Source: Faecalimonas sp.
Lineage (GTDB): Bacteria > Bacillota > Clostridia > Lachnospirales > Lachnospiraceae
Direction: 5' to 3'
Assembly: GCA_045638905.1 (NCBI GenBank)
Contig: JAZUCE010000015.1
Location: 28,850 to 92,849, forward strand
DNA length: 64,000 nucleotides
A program made the position numbers and the translations under genes. The notes under the pieces are model-generated. The model saw only the letters and a list, made by a program, of their open reading frames with translations. It was not told the DNA's origin and did not search any database. How positions within the stretch are numbered: the stretch's first letter is position 1; every line of letters starts with the position of its first letter. Shown piece after piece: positions 36,683 to 47,060 of this stretch.

Positions 36683-39073
36683 TTATCTCCTAATGCTAAG
36701 ATTCGCGTTGTTCCATGTTTTATCTAACTTATATAGATTCGGAAAAAACCTAGACAGTATACGACGAATTCTAGCATTCAATGATTTACCCAAATACTTG
36801 TTAATTCTTTTTTCAAAATCATCAGGATACTTCACAATCTCTTTCAAAAATTTACTTCTAAATGGCGAGTGTATACTCGAACGCAAATACGAACGATTAT
36901 GCTCAACTGCCCTTGCGAAATCAACCTCTTGTATTACAGCGTCTTCCTTGATCTTTTCCAGTAACTTATAACCTTTATTTGAATGCACACATACTAGAGA
37001 TGTCCCTTTATTGTCACTCATCGTTGGAAGTAACGTATCAATTCCCCAAAAATCACCAAGTGTTATATCACTTTGGCGCTGCAACTGCTTAAACGAACAA
37101 CTACCACATGCAGGTCTTAAAAATAAATGGCCTAGATATCCCTGCATATACGGGTCATAATTTAATACATTTACGTACCTAGTACGATTTACAAATTCAA
37201 ACAAGATAGAATATCTTTGCCAGCCCAATCTCTTGTCTCTAAAGGATACTCTTTTAATGTCAGAATCCGCTTCCTTTTTGCGCCACTTCAAATACTTATC
37301 CCAGACCAAAGGTGATGGTACACCATGACAAATAATATCTTGCGTATATAAATTGTCGTACTCTTTCTTTAAAAATGACTTCAATCCCGCAATTTGACAT
37401 GGTGTTCCTGTATATAAAACCATTGTACCTTTTTCGAGAAATCTTTCGGCAAGAATATAACTTTCGTTTGTGCTTCCTTGTACATACTTGCTTCCATATA
37501 TCTCCTCTATATCCCTTTCTGCTTCTATACACTTGGTTATAACCTGAAATGTTTCATCAAATGCAGTTCCAAATACAACGCCATTATTTTTTAACACTTC
37601 TTTGGCAAGAAGTGAAAATACTCCACCAGACGAACTTTTCATTCTGATATTTTCATTTTTATTGACAACAGCATATGCCGAAGGCAGTTCCTTGTAAATT
37701 TCATCTTTAGGCTTATTCAGTGCCGGACAAACTCTTTGACACAAACCACAATTCACACATATATTAGTATCAATTTGCGGATAAAGAAACCCTTCCTCAT
37801 CTTTCATCATATAAATACAACTCTTAGGACACTTTTCTTTACACGCAGCACACCCTGTACATATATCTTTACTACATACTTCAACACTTTTCTTTTTCTC
37901 GTTTTTTCCTTTTATTATGTAACTATTTATTGCTTTTATCAAACGATCTTTGTATTTTGTTAAAAAACTTTCATATCGCTCCTGTATCCACTGTTCATTT
38001 TCTATAAGATAGTCAAAAGCAACTTTGAGCTCCATTTTCTCTGTTAAATCAGTATAAGGCAAAACAAAATTCTCATATGTCCCAAACAAATCAGTTGCTA
38101 TCCCTTTAGATTTCACAGAATACCCCAATACTAAAGTTGGTATTTTAGATGAATACGCAGCTATTGTAGAATGCGTCCTTGCGCCAATAAAGTAACTGCA
38201 CTTTGAAATAATATATTTAAGTTCTTCACATGTCAGTTCTTTATCCACAATAGAAACTGATGGATGGTCAAGGTCTTTATAAAGTTTTTTTAGTATAGGA
38301 TAGTCATTTGTGTTTTCATAAATACTATATACATGTGGAATTAAACATATACTCATCTTTAGAGTGTCAAGAATGTATTTTGCAGTATGTAAAATATTCT
38401 CATATACTTGGGGATTTTTATCGTTTATAACCATTTGACTTAAATTAATACCTACTGTATTTCCTTCCTCAAAACCGTCTGGAAGAGAAGTCTCCTTTGT
38501 CTTCAGAAAAAAAGCCGGATCACATACTTGAACAATTTTTTCTTTTTTTATTCCTGCCTGAAGCAAATTATTAACTGTCATCTCTTCCCTAGCAAAGATA
38601 TAGGCATATCTATTTAAATCTTTTTTTATTTCGCTGTTAATAGAATCCTTTTCAATTGAACAGCACCATAATATGTTTTTTATCCCTTTTCTATGAGTAT
38701 ACCTATTTAAAGTCAAAGCATTAATTGGCCGATTATAACAATAGGTATCTCCACCTATATTAAGACTGACATCGTGTGATGATATCCGTTCAAACAATGG
38801 TTTTTGAATTACAGAAAGCCCCATAAGTGAGCGTTTGAAAACTTTCCTCATAGCACCATAAATGTATCTATGAAGCACTGTCGGATATCGATTGTAGGAA
38901 ATTAAATTAATCCCAAGTTCTCTTGCCATAGGTAAATCTTGTTCCTCAGCAAAAGTTGCCAAATACAACTGTCCAGGCTTTACATCGTCTGTAAACAAAT
39001 CCACAGTGGAACGTATTATAGCTTCACATCCTCTATTCTTTACTCCTGTATTACCACACATAAATATCCTCAT
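36683..39073 (-). CDS. Fusion of polysaccharide pyruvyl transferase and FrhB-like Fe-S domain
   Basis: N-terminal NRGCEAI, GGD, RE, DPAF, R.HS.IAA; C-terminal CTGCAAC, CVNCGLC, SSSGG, GTPCQ, DITLGDFWG. Confidence 0.9.
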   Translation of the reverse strand: MRIFMCGNTGVKNRGCEAIIRSTVDLFTDDVKPGQLYLATFAEEQDLPMARELGINLISYNRYPTVLHRYIYGAMRKVFKRSLMGLSVIQKPLFERISSHDVSLNIGGDTYCYNRPINALTLNRYTHRKGIKNILWCCSIEKDSINSEIKKDLNRYAYIFAREEMTVNNLLQAGIKKEKIVQVCDPAFFLKTKETSLPDGFEEGNTVGINLSQMVINDKNPQVYENILHTAKYILDTLKMSICLIPHVYSIYENTNDYPILKKLYKDLDHPSVSIVDKELTCEELKYIISKCSYFIGARTHSTIAAYSSKIPTLVLGYSVKSKGIATDLFGTYENFVLPYTDLTEKMELKVAFDYLIENEQWIQERYESFLTKYKDRLIKAINSYIIKGKNEKKKSVEVCSKDICTGCAACKEKCPKSCIYMMKDEEGFLYPQIDTNICVNCGLCQRVCPALNKPKDEIYKELPSAYAVVNKNENIRMKSSSGGVFSLLAKEVLKNNGVVFGTAFDETFQVITKCIEAERDIEEIYGSKYVQGSTNESYILAERFLEKGTMVLYTGTPCQIAGLKSFLKKEYDNLYTQDIICHGVPSPLVWDKYLKWRKKEADSDIKRVSFRDKRLGWQRYSILFEFVNRTRYVNVLNYDPYMQGYLGHLFLRPACGSCSFKQLQRQSDITLGDFWGIDTLLPTMSDNKGTSLVCVHSNKGYKLLEKIKEDAVIQEVDFARAVEHNRSYLRSSIHSPFRSKFLKEIVKYPDDFEKRINKYLGKSLNARIRRILSRFFPNLYKLDKTWNNANLSIRR

Positions 39074-39094
39074 AAAAGCTTAACTCTCCTTATG

Positions 39095-40663
39095 TTATTT
39101 GGTATTATTTTGATTTTTGCTTTCTTTTTTCACAAATTTATTATATATTCGCTTTGCATATGTAACAAACAGATTTTGCATGTACACATATTCGTCTGTT
39201 TTCCTATATAATAACATAAACAAAGCATTAACAACAACAAAGCTTGTTACACCACTCAAGATCAAATTTACGTAAGCACTAAATTTAAATTGATTACATA
39301 CAAAGTATGTAAGTATTCCTACTATAATCACCACTAATACTTTTGACAAATAATCAACCAAATAACGATATACTGCCTTATCAAACACATATTTATATAC
39401 AATGTATGCATCGTACCACCAAACAGTAATCATTCTACTAATTATCGTAGCCAAGACAATTCCTGTTGCCCCCCAAAAGTATCCCATCACAACAGAAAAC
39501 AAAACATTGAACATTGCTGTGAAAATCGGTCTATATCTTCCATGATAATAAAGTCCGCAGGATTCTCTATAAATGCTTACAGCATAAGTCATTCCATTTG
39601 TCAAAAAATTGAGACAAACAACAAAAACAAAAACCATAGGCATTAAATATTCTTTACCAATCCACACCACGACAAATGGTTGCACAAGAACCAAGAAACA
39701 AATTGAACATAGCCCATATAGCCAAAAACTCATGAAATGGATTACGTTGAATATGCGTTCTTTATATTCTTTTGAACTATTCACGTTAAGATTTCCAACA
39801 CTCGGCTTTACCGAAACAAACAGTATATCTACAAAACCAGACACTAGAACAAGCAAAGTTTGGTAATTAGAATATAATCCAACATATTGCAAGCCTATCA
39901 GCATCGATATAACAATATTGTCTATTGCGTTATTAACAATCACACTAATTTTTGAAATTGCTAGTCCGTAAGTGTTTTTATATATTGAGATTTTTTCTTC
40001 TCGACTCAACTTACCTTTAGGTTTTTGCTTGATATATGGATACCATTTTGCAATAAATATTCCATTTGTGGTTCTCTGTACAATTGTCACCAGAATAGGT
40101 GTAGCAATATAAAGATAAAAACTGTGAAATAGCACTAAGGAAATAATTTGCATAAACACTACACAAAAGTTCCCAATATAATTTATTGCCGTCAGTCGAT
40201 AATCTTCCTGACAAGCAGTAAGGAATCCTCCTCTATAAGAATAAACATAAAAAGAGGATACTGCATTTATTAGATATAAAATGTATACTACATATATGTT
40301 CACTGTCAATTCACTAATGTCAACCATATAGCGAAGAAACGGCATAATTACAAGTCCAATTGTCAGTATTACCAACCCGAGAATATGATAAATTTTTCTA
40401 TAATAACCCAGATATTGCTGAACCTTTTCTTTATTATCTTGCGCAATTGGTTTATACATAGCGAATACAATTGCTGTTCCTATCCCAAGATCTGTAAGAT
40501 TTAAAAATGATAGAATACTGGAAACTAACCCATTGACACTTAAATACTCATTTCCCAAATATTTTATAAATATAGTTCGTGTCACAAACCTTAACACTAA
40601 TAAAATAATTTTCAAGCCTACTCCTGAAAGTATATTTTTAACGCTATTTGATGTTCTTGCCAT
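39095..40663 (-). CDS. Wzx-type flippase (module A)
   Basis: RTIFIKYLG..YL..NGL...L..DLGIG pattern; multiple TM segments. Confidence 0.9.
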   Translation of the reverse strand: MARTSNSVKNILSGVGLKIILLVLRFVTRTIFIKYLGNEYLSVNGLVSSILSFLNLTDLGIGTAIVFAMYKPIAQDNKEKVQQYLGYYRKIYHILGLVILTIGLVIMPFLRYMVDISELTVNIYVVYILYLINAVSSFYVYSYRGGFLTACQEDYRLTAINYIGNFCVVFMQIISLVLFHSFYLYIATPILVTIVQRTTNGIFIAKWYPYIKQKPKGKLSREEKISIYKNTYGLAISKISVIVNNAIDNIVISMLIGLQYVGLYSNYQTLLVLVSGFVDILFVSVKPSVGNLNVNSSKEYKERIFNVIHFMSFWLYGLCSICFLVLVQPFVVVWIGKEYLMPMVFVFVVCLNFLTNGMTYAVSIYRESCGLYYHGRYRPIFTAMFNVLFSVVMGYFWGATGIVLATIISRMITVWWYDAYIVYKYVFDKAVYRYLVDYLSKVLVVIIVGILTYFVCNQFKFSAYVNLILSGVTSFVVVNALFMLLYRKTDEYVYMQNLFVTYAKRIYNKFVKKESKNQNNTK

Positions 40664-40701
40664 TTGCTCTCCTCATTACATTTTAGTATTTATATCGTTT
40701 A

Positions 40702-41361
40702 TTACACAGGATTTCTGTTTTCATTTGAAAGATTATATCTCGGAATCATGAATCGCTCAAAAATTTTGCTTAAAAAAGTAGTCTTCCTCGGTCTGACACC
40801 AAATGCATATATGTATCCTGCCTTTTTTACCATTTTAACATCTCTTTTTGTTGCAATACCGTTTGAATAAGCATATAAATTAATGTCTTTCCCTATGATT
40901 TTCTGCAATTTTTCCTTTGATTCGTATATTTCATACCACGCCTGCACATCATTACATTCATTGAGTTTTGTATGTGTACACCCATGAGAACCTATGGTAA
41001 CTAATGGATCCGCAGCCATCTCCTTCAACTGTTCAGCTGTAATATACCCTTCCTTATCTAGTAGATCAACACTTATGAAAGCAGTAAAAGGTAACCCTCT
41101 GCTGATCATCTTAGGATATATGTTTGTATATAAATCATCTAATGCGTCATCAATAGTAACAATATAAATTTTTTCCTTTTTCGTCAATCCATTTATTCCT
41201 GTAAAAAAATCAACTACCTTTTTCTCACATATAAATTTATCAAAGTTTTCTTCAGATATAATACAAGACTCAATAATAGGTTTTTCATCCGTTACATGAT
41301 GTACCATAATAACATGTGTGCATTTCAAACAATTATATATTTTCCGTAATATTCTTTTCAC
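40702..41361 (-). CDS. Polysaccharide deacetylase (CE4/NodB)
   Basis: TIDDA, IGSHGCTH and YAYSNG motifs. Confidence 0.9.
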   Translation of the reverse strand: MKRILRKIYNCLKCTHVIMVHHVTDEKPIIESCIISEENFDKFICEKKVVDFFTGINGLTKKEKIYIVTIDDALDDLYTNIYPKMISRGLPFTAFISVDLLDKEGYITAEQLKEMAADPLVTIGSHGCTHTKLNECNDVQAWYEIYESKEKLQKIIGKDINLYAYSNGIATKRDVKMVKKAGYIYAFGVRPRKTTFLSKIFERFMIPRYNLSNENRNPV

Positions 41362-42028
41362 TTTTACCTACTTCCTTTCCACCGTATAACTTACATTCCT
41401 CTATATTTCCGTCGTTTAGCCATTTAATATAATCAAATTTATCCAAATATCTTTTACTGTACAACGAAAAAGGTAGATAAGAAATTATTTTCCCTGGTTT
41501 ATAATTGACTTCATATATATCCATAAAGAAAGTATGTGGACATTGTTTATAATGCTTATTAGTAATAATAACCTTATTTTTATATGGCAAACCTTCAAAT
41601 CGTTCTACAATTTCATCCGTCGTTTCAACACCTGCTTCCATAAACACAAACAAATTATCAAGATTGACACGCCTTCTTCTTTCGTACCATTTGTTTCTAG
41701 CATCTTCGAAATCCTTATAATGCACAAAATGTATTCTAATTTTCCGGTTGTTTTGAAGCACCATTTGACCAATAGGCCACTTCGTCCCCGACTCGAAAAC
41801 CTGCTCAATCTCAGCACTTAAGCACTCTTGTAAATTTTCAAGAAAGCAAAAATAATCGTCTACTCTTATAAACAAATTAATTGTTGGGGATAAAAATCTT
41901 TCCCCCAAACTATTGTATATTATACCACCACAACAATTGTTGGAAATTACAGTAAATCCAAAATTCTTTAATTTTCTACGCCTTAACCAAATCAAAACTT
42001 TTTTATAACATGTCTTCAATTTATTCAT
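41333..42028 (-). CDS. DUF1919 family protein
   Basis: ISNNCCGG..Y..LG..F.SPTINL, HFVHY and KW..R..R motifs. Confidence 0.88.
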   Translation of the reverse strand: MNKLKTCYKKVLIWLRRRKLKNFGFTVISNNCCGGIIYNSLGERFLSPTINLFIRVDDYFCFLENLQECLSAEIEQVFESGTKWPIGQMVLQNNRKIRIHFVHYKDFEDARNKWYERRRRVNLDNLFVFMEAGVETTDEIVERFEGLPYKNKVIITNKHYKQCPHTFFMDIYEVNYKPGKIISYLPFSLYSKRYLDKFDYIKWLNDGNIEECKLYGGKEVGKSEKNITENI

Positions 42029-43778
42029 CACAAAAATACGCACTTACAATATCTCCTTCGGAAATTTTTTGAGACAATGACAACCTTAACTTTATAATAT
42101 TATCATCACCTTCATCATCAAACCCAGTTTTTTTCAAAGCAGATAGCAATACACTGTTTCTTCCAGTTTTCCTTCCAAGCATTTCTATGTTTTTTTGATA
42201 TTTCTTTTGCAATATTCCAAATAGTGCATTCTCAACATACTTTGCAGCAACCCGACACGACATAACAAATTCACTAATTATCAAATTATCTTTGATTTCA
42301 AAACATAAATATGCAACTTGTCCGTAATCACCAAATTTATCTTCCGCATACACCACCAACGATGTTATATTCTTGTCTTTTAATAGCACATCAAATTCTG
42401 CTTCCGTATAACGTTTGGCTGATAAATTTAACTGATTTGTACGTTGTATTAATTCCAAACTTCTAGAACGCTGCAATTCTGTTTTTAAAGGTTCGATTTT
42501 GATTTGCAAATTACAACTTTTAATAAAATCCGTATTATTCCCCCCGAATTGTAATTTAATTTCTTTCCGACCAACTTCCTGTTGATAACTCAACCTACGG
42601 CAAGAACTTTCATCGGTTATTGGCAAATCAAACTCTGGTAGTGCTAATAATCTCTGCAATTGCTTTTCTGTATACACTCTTACACATGGCAAAGTATACT
42701 TTACTTCATTCCGCTCAAACTCCGAATCATCTATAAGTGCAAAAGTATCAACATTGATATTAAGCATTCTTGAAGCCTGAAAAATATTAGTACTTTTAGC
42801 ATCCCAATTTGCAAAAATACAAACAAAATAATCGTTTATCCCAAGCCTATCTAAAACAGGTATAACACACTCTCTGTCATTCTTACTGACAACTATCTGT
42901 ATTACTCCCCGTTTATCTAACACATCCATAACTTCTTTTACAGATTCACGAAGCATCAATTTATCAGGATTAGTTTCAATAAGAATACCATTCCAAACTG
43001 TATTATCCAAATCCCACGCCACACATTTCACTTTTTTATTTGGAACATTCGACACAGTATCAAACAACTCTACAAAGTCTGCTGCAAACACATGCAATTC
43101 TGCTGTAAAATCATTTTCAGGAAATATTCTGACTAGTCCTCCCTCAGGAAGTCCGAAATCGAACCGCATAATTTCCTGATTAAACCCTTTTTTCACCCGA
43201 AAGTTTGTTTTGTAAATTGTTTTATTTTCTCTGTCTGCTATTTCAAAAATCAAATTAAAACTTTCATCTTCTTTGTAATAACATTGAAAAAGAAAATCAT
43301 TTACAAATTGAGATTTTGATTTTATCGTCGCATATTTCCTTCGTTTTAATCCATCCCATTTAGTGCTTAATGAATACTCTTTTTTGAAAAACATTGCTGA
43401 GAGCCATTTAAAAATGCCAGTAAACATTCTATCGATTTTATCCATTTTGTTAATATCTTGGACAGATAGCGTACCTTTATTGATTCTAGCCTCAAGTTTG
43501 CCCCAACTTCTAAATTTCATTTCAGAATCCCACAGAAGAACCTTATGATTCATGCACCTAATGCCATATTCAAGACGCATGCACGCTTGATCTTTTCTTG
43601 GTTTATAAAGTGAACACGTATTATAACATGCTGGTGCAGAGCACTCCAAACAATGCTCATCCCAGTATAAGGTTCTTACATACTTTATTTTATCTTTTGT
43701 AATAAACTCCGAAGGTAATTTATTGTCAATTGTGTGCTTAGAATCATTTTTTCGTATAAACCATGCACTTTGAAACAT
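42021..43778 (-). CDS. FkbH-like HAD-IIIC phosphatase / glyceryl transferase with Cys-rich N-terminal extension
   Basis: WDLDNTVW, SKN, IDDS.FE, RTNQLN, DKFGDYG and MSCRV motifs. Confidence 0.88.
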   Translation of the reverse strand: MFQSAWFIRKNDSKHTIDNKLPSEFITKDKIKYVRTLYWDEHCLECSAPACYNTCSLYKPRKDQACMRLEYGIRCMNHKVLLWDSEMKFRSWGKLEARINKGTLSVQDINKMDKIDRMFTGIFKWLSAMFFKKEYSLSTKWDGLKRRKYATIKSKSQFVNDFLFQCYYKEDESFNLIFEIADRENKTIYKTNFRVKKGFNQEIMRFDFGLPEGGLVRIFPENDFTAELHVFAADFVELFDTVSNVPNKKVKCVAWDLDNTVWNGILIETNPDKLMLRESVKEVMDVLDKRGVIQIVVSKNDRECVIPVLDRLGINDYFVCIFANWDAKSTNIFQASRMLNINVDTFALIDDSEFERNEVKYTLPCVRVYTEKQLQRLLALPEFDLPITDESSCRRLSYQQEVGRKEIKLQFGGNNTDFIKSCNLQIKIEPLKTELQRSRSLELIQRTNQLNLSAKRYTEAEFDVLLKDKNITSLVVYAEDKFGDYGQVAYLCFEIKDNLIISEFVMSCRVAAKYVENALFGILQKKYQKNIEMLGRKTGRNSVLLSALKKTGFDDEGDDNIIKLRLSLSQKISEGDIVSAYFCDE

Positions 43779-43835
43779 TTTTTACCACTCCTTATTCTCT
43801 ATATTGTTTTAACGATCCTAATCAGTATTAATCCT

Positions 43836-44903
43836 TTAGAACCATATTGAATTATATGTCCCCAAAGAACTTCGACTACGAATCAAAAACAACAAAACAG
43901 CACACGCAACAAATAAAAAGGATAGTTTACTAATACGCCACTTGTCCGTTTTTTTAGCCAATCCTTCTGGGATCAATATAATATATGCAGGTATAAAATA
44001 ATATGCAACACGCTCCAAAGCCAACACGTAGAATCTGCAAACATACAACATTAATGCTATAATTCCCATAAATACCAAAACACTAATTTTCTCCAACTCT
44101 ATTTGTGTATATTTTTTATCTGTATTTTTATATTTCAGAAGCAACATTAGCATTGTAGTAACATCTACACCAATATTGATCAAAGCTCCAGTATAAGAAG
44201 TAAATTGATATCCACTACCATACCCCATTTCAAATAATTCATTTCCGTAAGCCACAAATTGTTCTAAAAACAAAGTAAACACTAACATAGCACTTGAAAA
44301 GCCAACCACGTTTCGGACTCTAATTTGCTTTCCTTGCAACAAAATAACTGGCAAAAAAACTATGGCTGTTTGATGAAACATACTTGCAAACAAAATAATA
44401 AGTATTGCTCTTACATAATGTTTCTTTTTAATTGATTCATATGCAATTAAACAAATAGTTATCGCCATTGCCTGTCTAAATGCATACAAGCAAAACCCAA
44501 AAGTTCCCAAACATATATATACAACCAAACTCAAAAAAACGTCTTTTGAATTCAAATATATAAATCTGAATACTATCACCGTAATAAACGTATATTGCAC
44601 AAACAATAAAGCTTGTGGATTTTTGAAAATATGTGAAATAACCCATATAAAAGTGGCATAACCATCTTCAAATGCACATATATCTAAATAATCATTGTAT
44701 CCCATTCTTAATGCCGTTCGTGCATTATTATAATAGTTCATTATATCGGTTCCAAAATCCAAGGCATCCACACTACCCCAAAATAACACTATAACTATCC
44801 CTGCATATATCAGCTGAAGTTTTCTAGTATTCCGCACTAATGACCTATCAATAAACAATGCTCCGCCTAACAAGACAGTAATAAATATAGCATACGTTAT
44901 CAT
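43836..44903 (-). CDS. EpsG family polysaccharide polymerase (module A)
   Basis: GTD..NY, E.GY, RQAMA and FHQTA motifs; multiple TM segments. Confidence 0.88.
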   Translation of the reverse strand: MITYAIFITVLLGGALFIDRSLVRNTRKLQLIYAGIVIVLFWGSVDALDFGTDIMNYYNNARTALRMGYNDYLDICAFEDGYATFIWVISHIFKNPQALLFVQYTFITVIVFRFIYLNSKDVFLSLVVYICLGTFGFCLYAFRQAMAITICLIAYESIKKKHYVRAILIILFASMFHQTAIVFLPVILLQGKQIRVRNVVGFSSAMLVFTLFLEQFVAYGNELFEMGYGSGYQFTSYTGALINIGVDVTTMLMLLLKYKNTDKKYTQIELEKISVLVFMGIIALMLYVCRFYVLALERVAYYFIPAYIILIPEGLAKKTDKWRISKLSFLFVACAVLLFLIRSRSSLGTYNSIWF

Positions 44904-44934
44904 AGTTCTTTATCCTTCTCTATCTCCAGTAATA

Positions 44935-45921
44935 TTACTTTTTAACTTTCAAAAATAGTTTCAATATTTTTCCATAAAGCACAACAAATCCAAATGAACA
45001 ATATGATAATTTCATAAATATCCACCTTGTTTTTGAAAGTTTAGCTTTCTCTAATATCTGCTCTCTATCTCTAATATAAAATGCTTTCGCTTTATTATAT
45101 AATGCTTGCCAATTATCAATTTGTTCCTTTTTGTGATTAAACACAACACTCATTTGACTAAAATATTCATTTGCCGTTTTATTAGCCAGTTCTTGTAATC
45201 CTCTTTCTTGATAAAATTCAAATTTCTCTTCTAACATATAAAAGCAATCCAAACGATGTATATTATATTTCCTTTCCGTAATACTATCACAATTATAATG
45301 ATAATAATACAGATAATCATCTATAATCCCTACTTTACTAGCTCTATACATGAGTAGGTAAATCAAAGACTCATCTTCATTAATTCTACCCACAGGAAAA
45401 CGAAGTCCTTCAAATAAAGAGCGCTTAAACATTTTTCCACATAAACACATAGTAAAATATCGATTCCTGTCAAAAATCTTCATTTGCATTTCCAAACCAC
45501 TATATATTCTTACTTCTTTCTCAACCTCTTGTCTATTGATTTCTTTTCCTTCTCTCACTCGCAATAAACAACATTGAGAAATGTCCAAATCATTCTCAAC
45601 TAAAGTATTATATAATTTATAAACATAATTTTTGTCTGCTTCATCATCACTGTCCAAAAATACAATATAGTCTCCATTTGACATATCAATCCCTTTATTT
45701 CTTGCATCAGAAACACCTGCATACTCTTGGTGCCAAACTTTTATTCTCGAATCCTTTTGACTAAAAGAGTCACAAATACTTCCTGAAGCATCGCTTGAAC
45801 CATCATCAATCAAAATAATCTCAATATTTTGGTATGTCTGATTAATTAAAGAATTCAAACAACGTTCTATATATTTTTCTACATTACTAACTGGTACAAT
45901 AACACTTATTAAACTTTCCAC
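44935..45921 (-). CDS. Glycosyltransferase family 2
   Basis: DDGSSD, FLDSDD and INED motifs; probable GTG start at 45921 after AGGAG. Confidence 0.92.
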   Translation of the reverse strand: MESLISVIVPVSNVEKYIERCLNSLINQTYQNIEIILIDDGSSDASGSICDSFSQKDSRIKVWHQEYAGVSDARNKGIDMSNGDYIVFLDSDDEADKNYVYKLYNTLVENDLDISQCCLLRVREGKEINRQEVEKEVRIYSGLEMQMKIFDRNRYFTMCLCGKMFKRSLFEGLRFPVGRINEDESLIYLLMYRASKVGIIDDYLYYYHYNCDSITERKYNIHRLDCFYMLEEKFEFYQERGLQELANKTANEYFSQMSVVFNHKKEQIDNWQALYNKAKAFYIRDREQILEKAKLSKTRWIFMKLSYCSFGFVVLYGKILKLFLKVKK

Positions 45922-45947
45922 AATTACTCCTTTTCTCTGCATCAAAC

Positions 45948-47060
45948 TTATGCTTGACTCATTGGACCTGATTCATATTTCTCGTAACTGACTTCATCAA
46001 TCAAATTTTGACTGATCCTAATTAATCTCTCTACTGCTATTTGAGCATTCCATTCATTTTTAATCGTACTTTGAGCCTCATCATAAAAAGACCTTTTTGT
46101 GCATGCTTGCATTAGTAGCATTGTCTTATTATACATATCCCTAACATTTCCTACACAATATGAATATCCATTTTTTGCTTCTTTAATCAAGTACGCAATA
46201 GAACCACATGCATTACTTCCAATCACAGGACATGCGCTTGCTAAACTCTCATTAACTACAGCTCCCCATCCTTCGTAATAATTACTAGAAAAATACAATG
46301 CGTTACTTACTTCCATAATTTCAAAAAGTTCTTCTCGTGATTTGCTGCCAAGAAAATGGACTTGTTGCAATTTCATTCTCTTAGCACAGTTTTCCAACTT
46401 GCCTTTTTCTGGGCCATCGCCCACGATATTTAATTCATAATCTATGCCTTTTTCTTGTAAAATTTTCGCACATTTCAAAATATCTTTTATTCTTTTTAAT
46501 TTTAACAGTCTTCCTGCGTAAAGCATACGAAATGTATCATTCGATTTTCTTTCTATAATGGTTGAAACATCACGTAATTCAATCTCTGGAAAATATCCAA
46601 ATTTAAAACAATGCTCTGTGTTAAAGCCAAGTAACTTTAAATCAGAAACTACATATGAACCCGCACACAACACATATACATTATCGCAATTACCTTTGAA
46701 CTTCCTATCGTTAACCTTCTTTGTTGTTGGTATGAATCTTCTCCACTGACCACGTTTAAACAATCTTTCCGTATAAATATAAGATAACTTGTTAGTCTCT
46801 TTTCTCAATTCCAAAAGTTCCAAAGAACTGCCTCCAAAAATAGCAATATCACTTTCAATAACAAGATTCTTTACTAACTCTTTATTTTCTTTGATAAAAT
46901 AATCAATAACAAAATCATATTTCAAAATATCTTTAAATTGTTCATGAACTTTTTTTGTATCTTGTGTGGCAATAAAATAAAACTCACAGCATTTTTTCAA
47001 TTCAAGACAAATCGGCAACATGTGCTTATTTAAAAATCCCGAGACCAATACCACCTTCAT
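45948..47060 (-). CDS. Glycosyltransferase family 4
   Basis: AGRLLKLK and EGWGAVVNES motifs. Confidence 0.9.
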   Translation of the reverse strand: MKVVLVSGFLNKHMLPICLELKKCCEFYFIATQDTKKVHEQFKDILKYDFVIDYFIKENKELVKNLVIESDIAIFGGSSLELLELRKETNKLSYIYTERLFKRGQWRRFIPTTKKVNDRKFKGNCDNVYVLCAGSYVVSDLKLLGFNTEHCFKFGYFPEIELRDVSTIIERKSNDTFRMLYAGRLLKLKRIKDILKCAKILQEKGIDYELNIVGDGPEKGKLENCAKRMKLQQVHFLGSKSREELFEIMEVSNALYFSSNYYEGWGAVVNESLASACPVIGSNACGSIAYLIKEAKNGYSYCVGNVRDMYNKTMLLMQACTKRSFYDEAQSTIKNEWNAQIAVERLIRISQNLIDEVSYEKYESGPMSQA

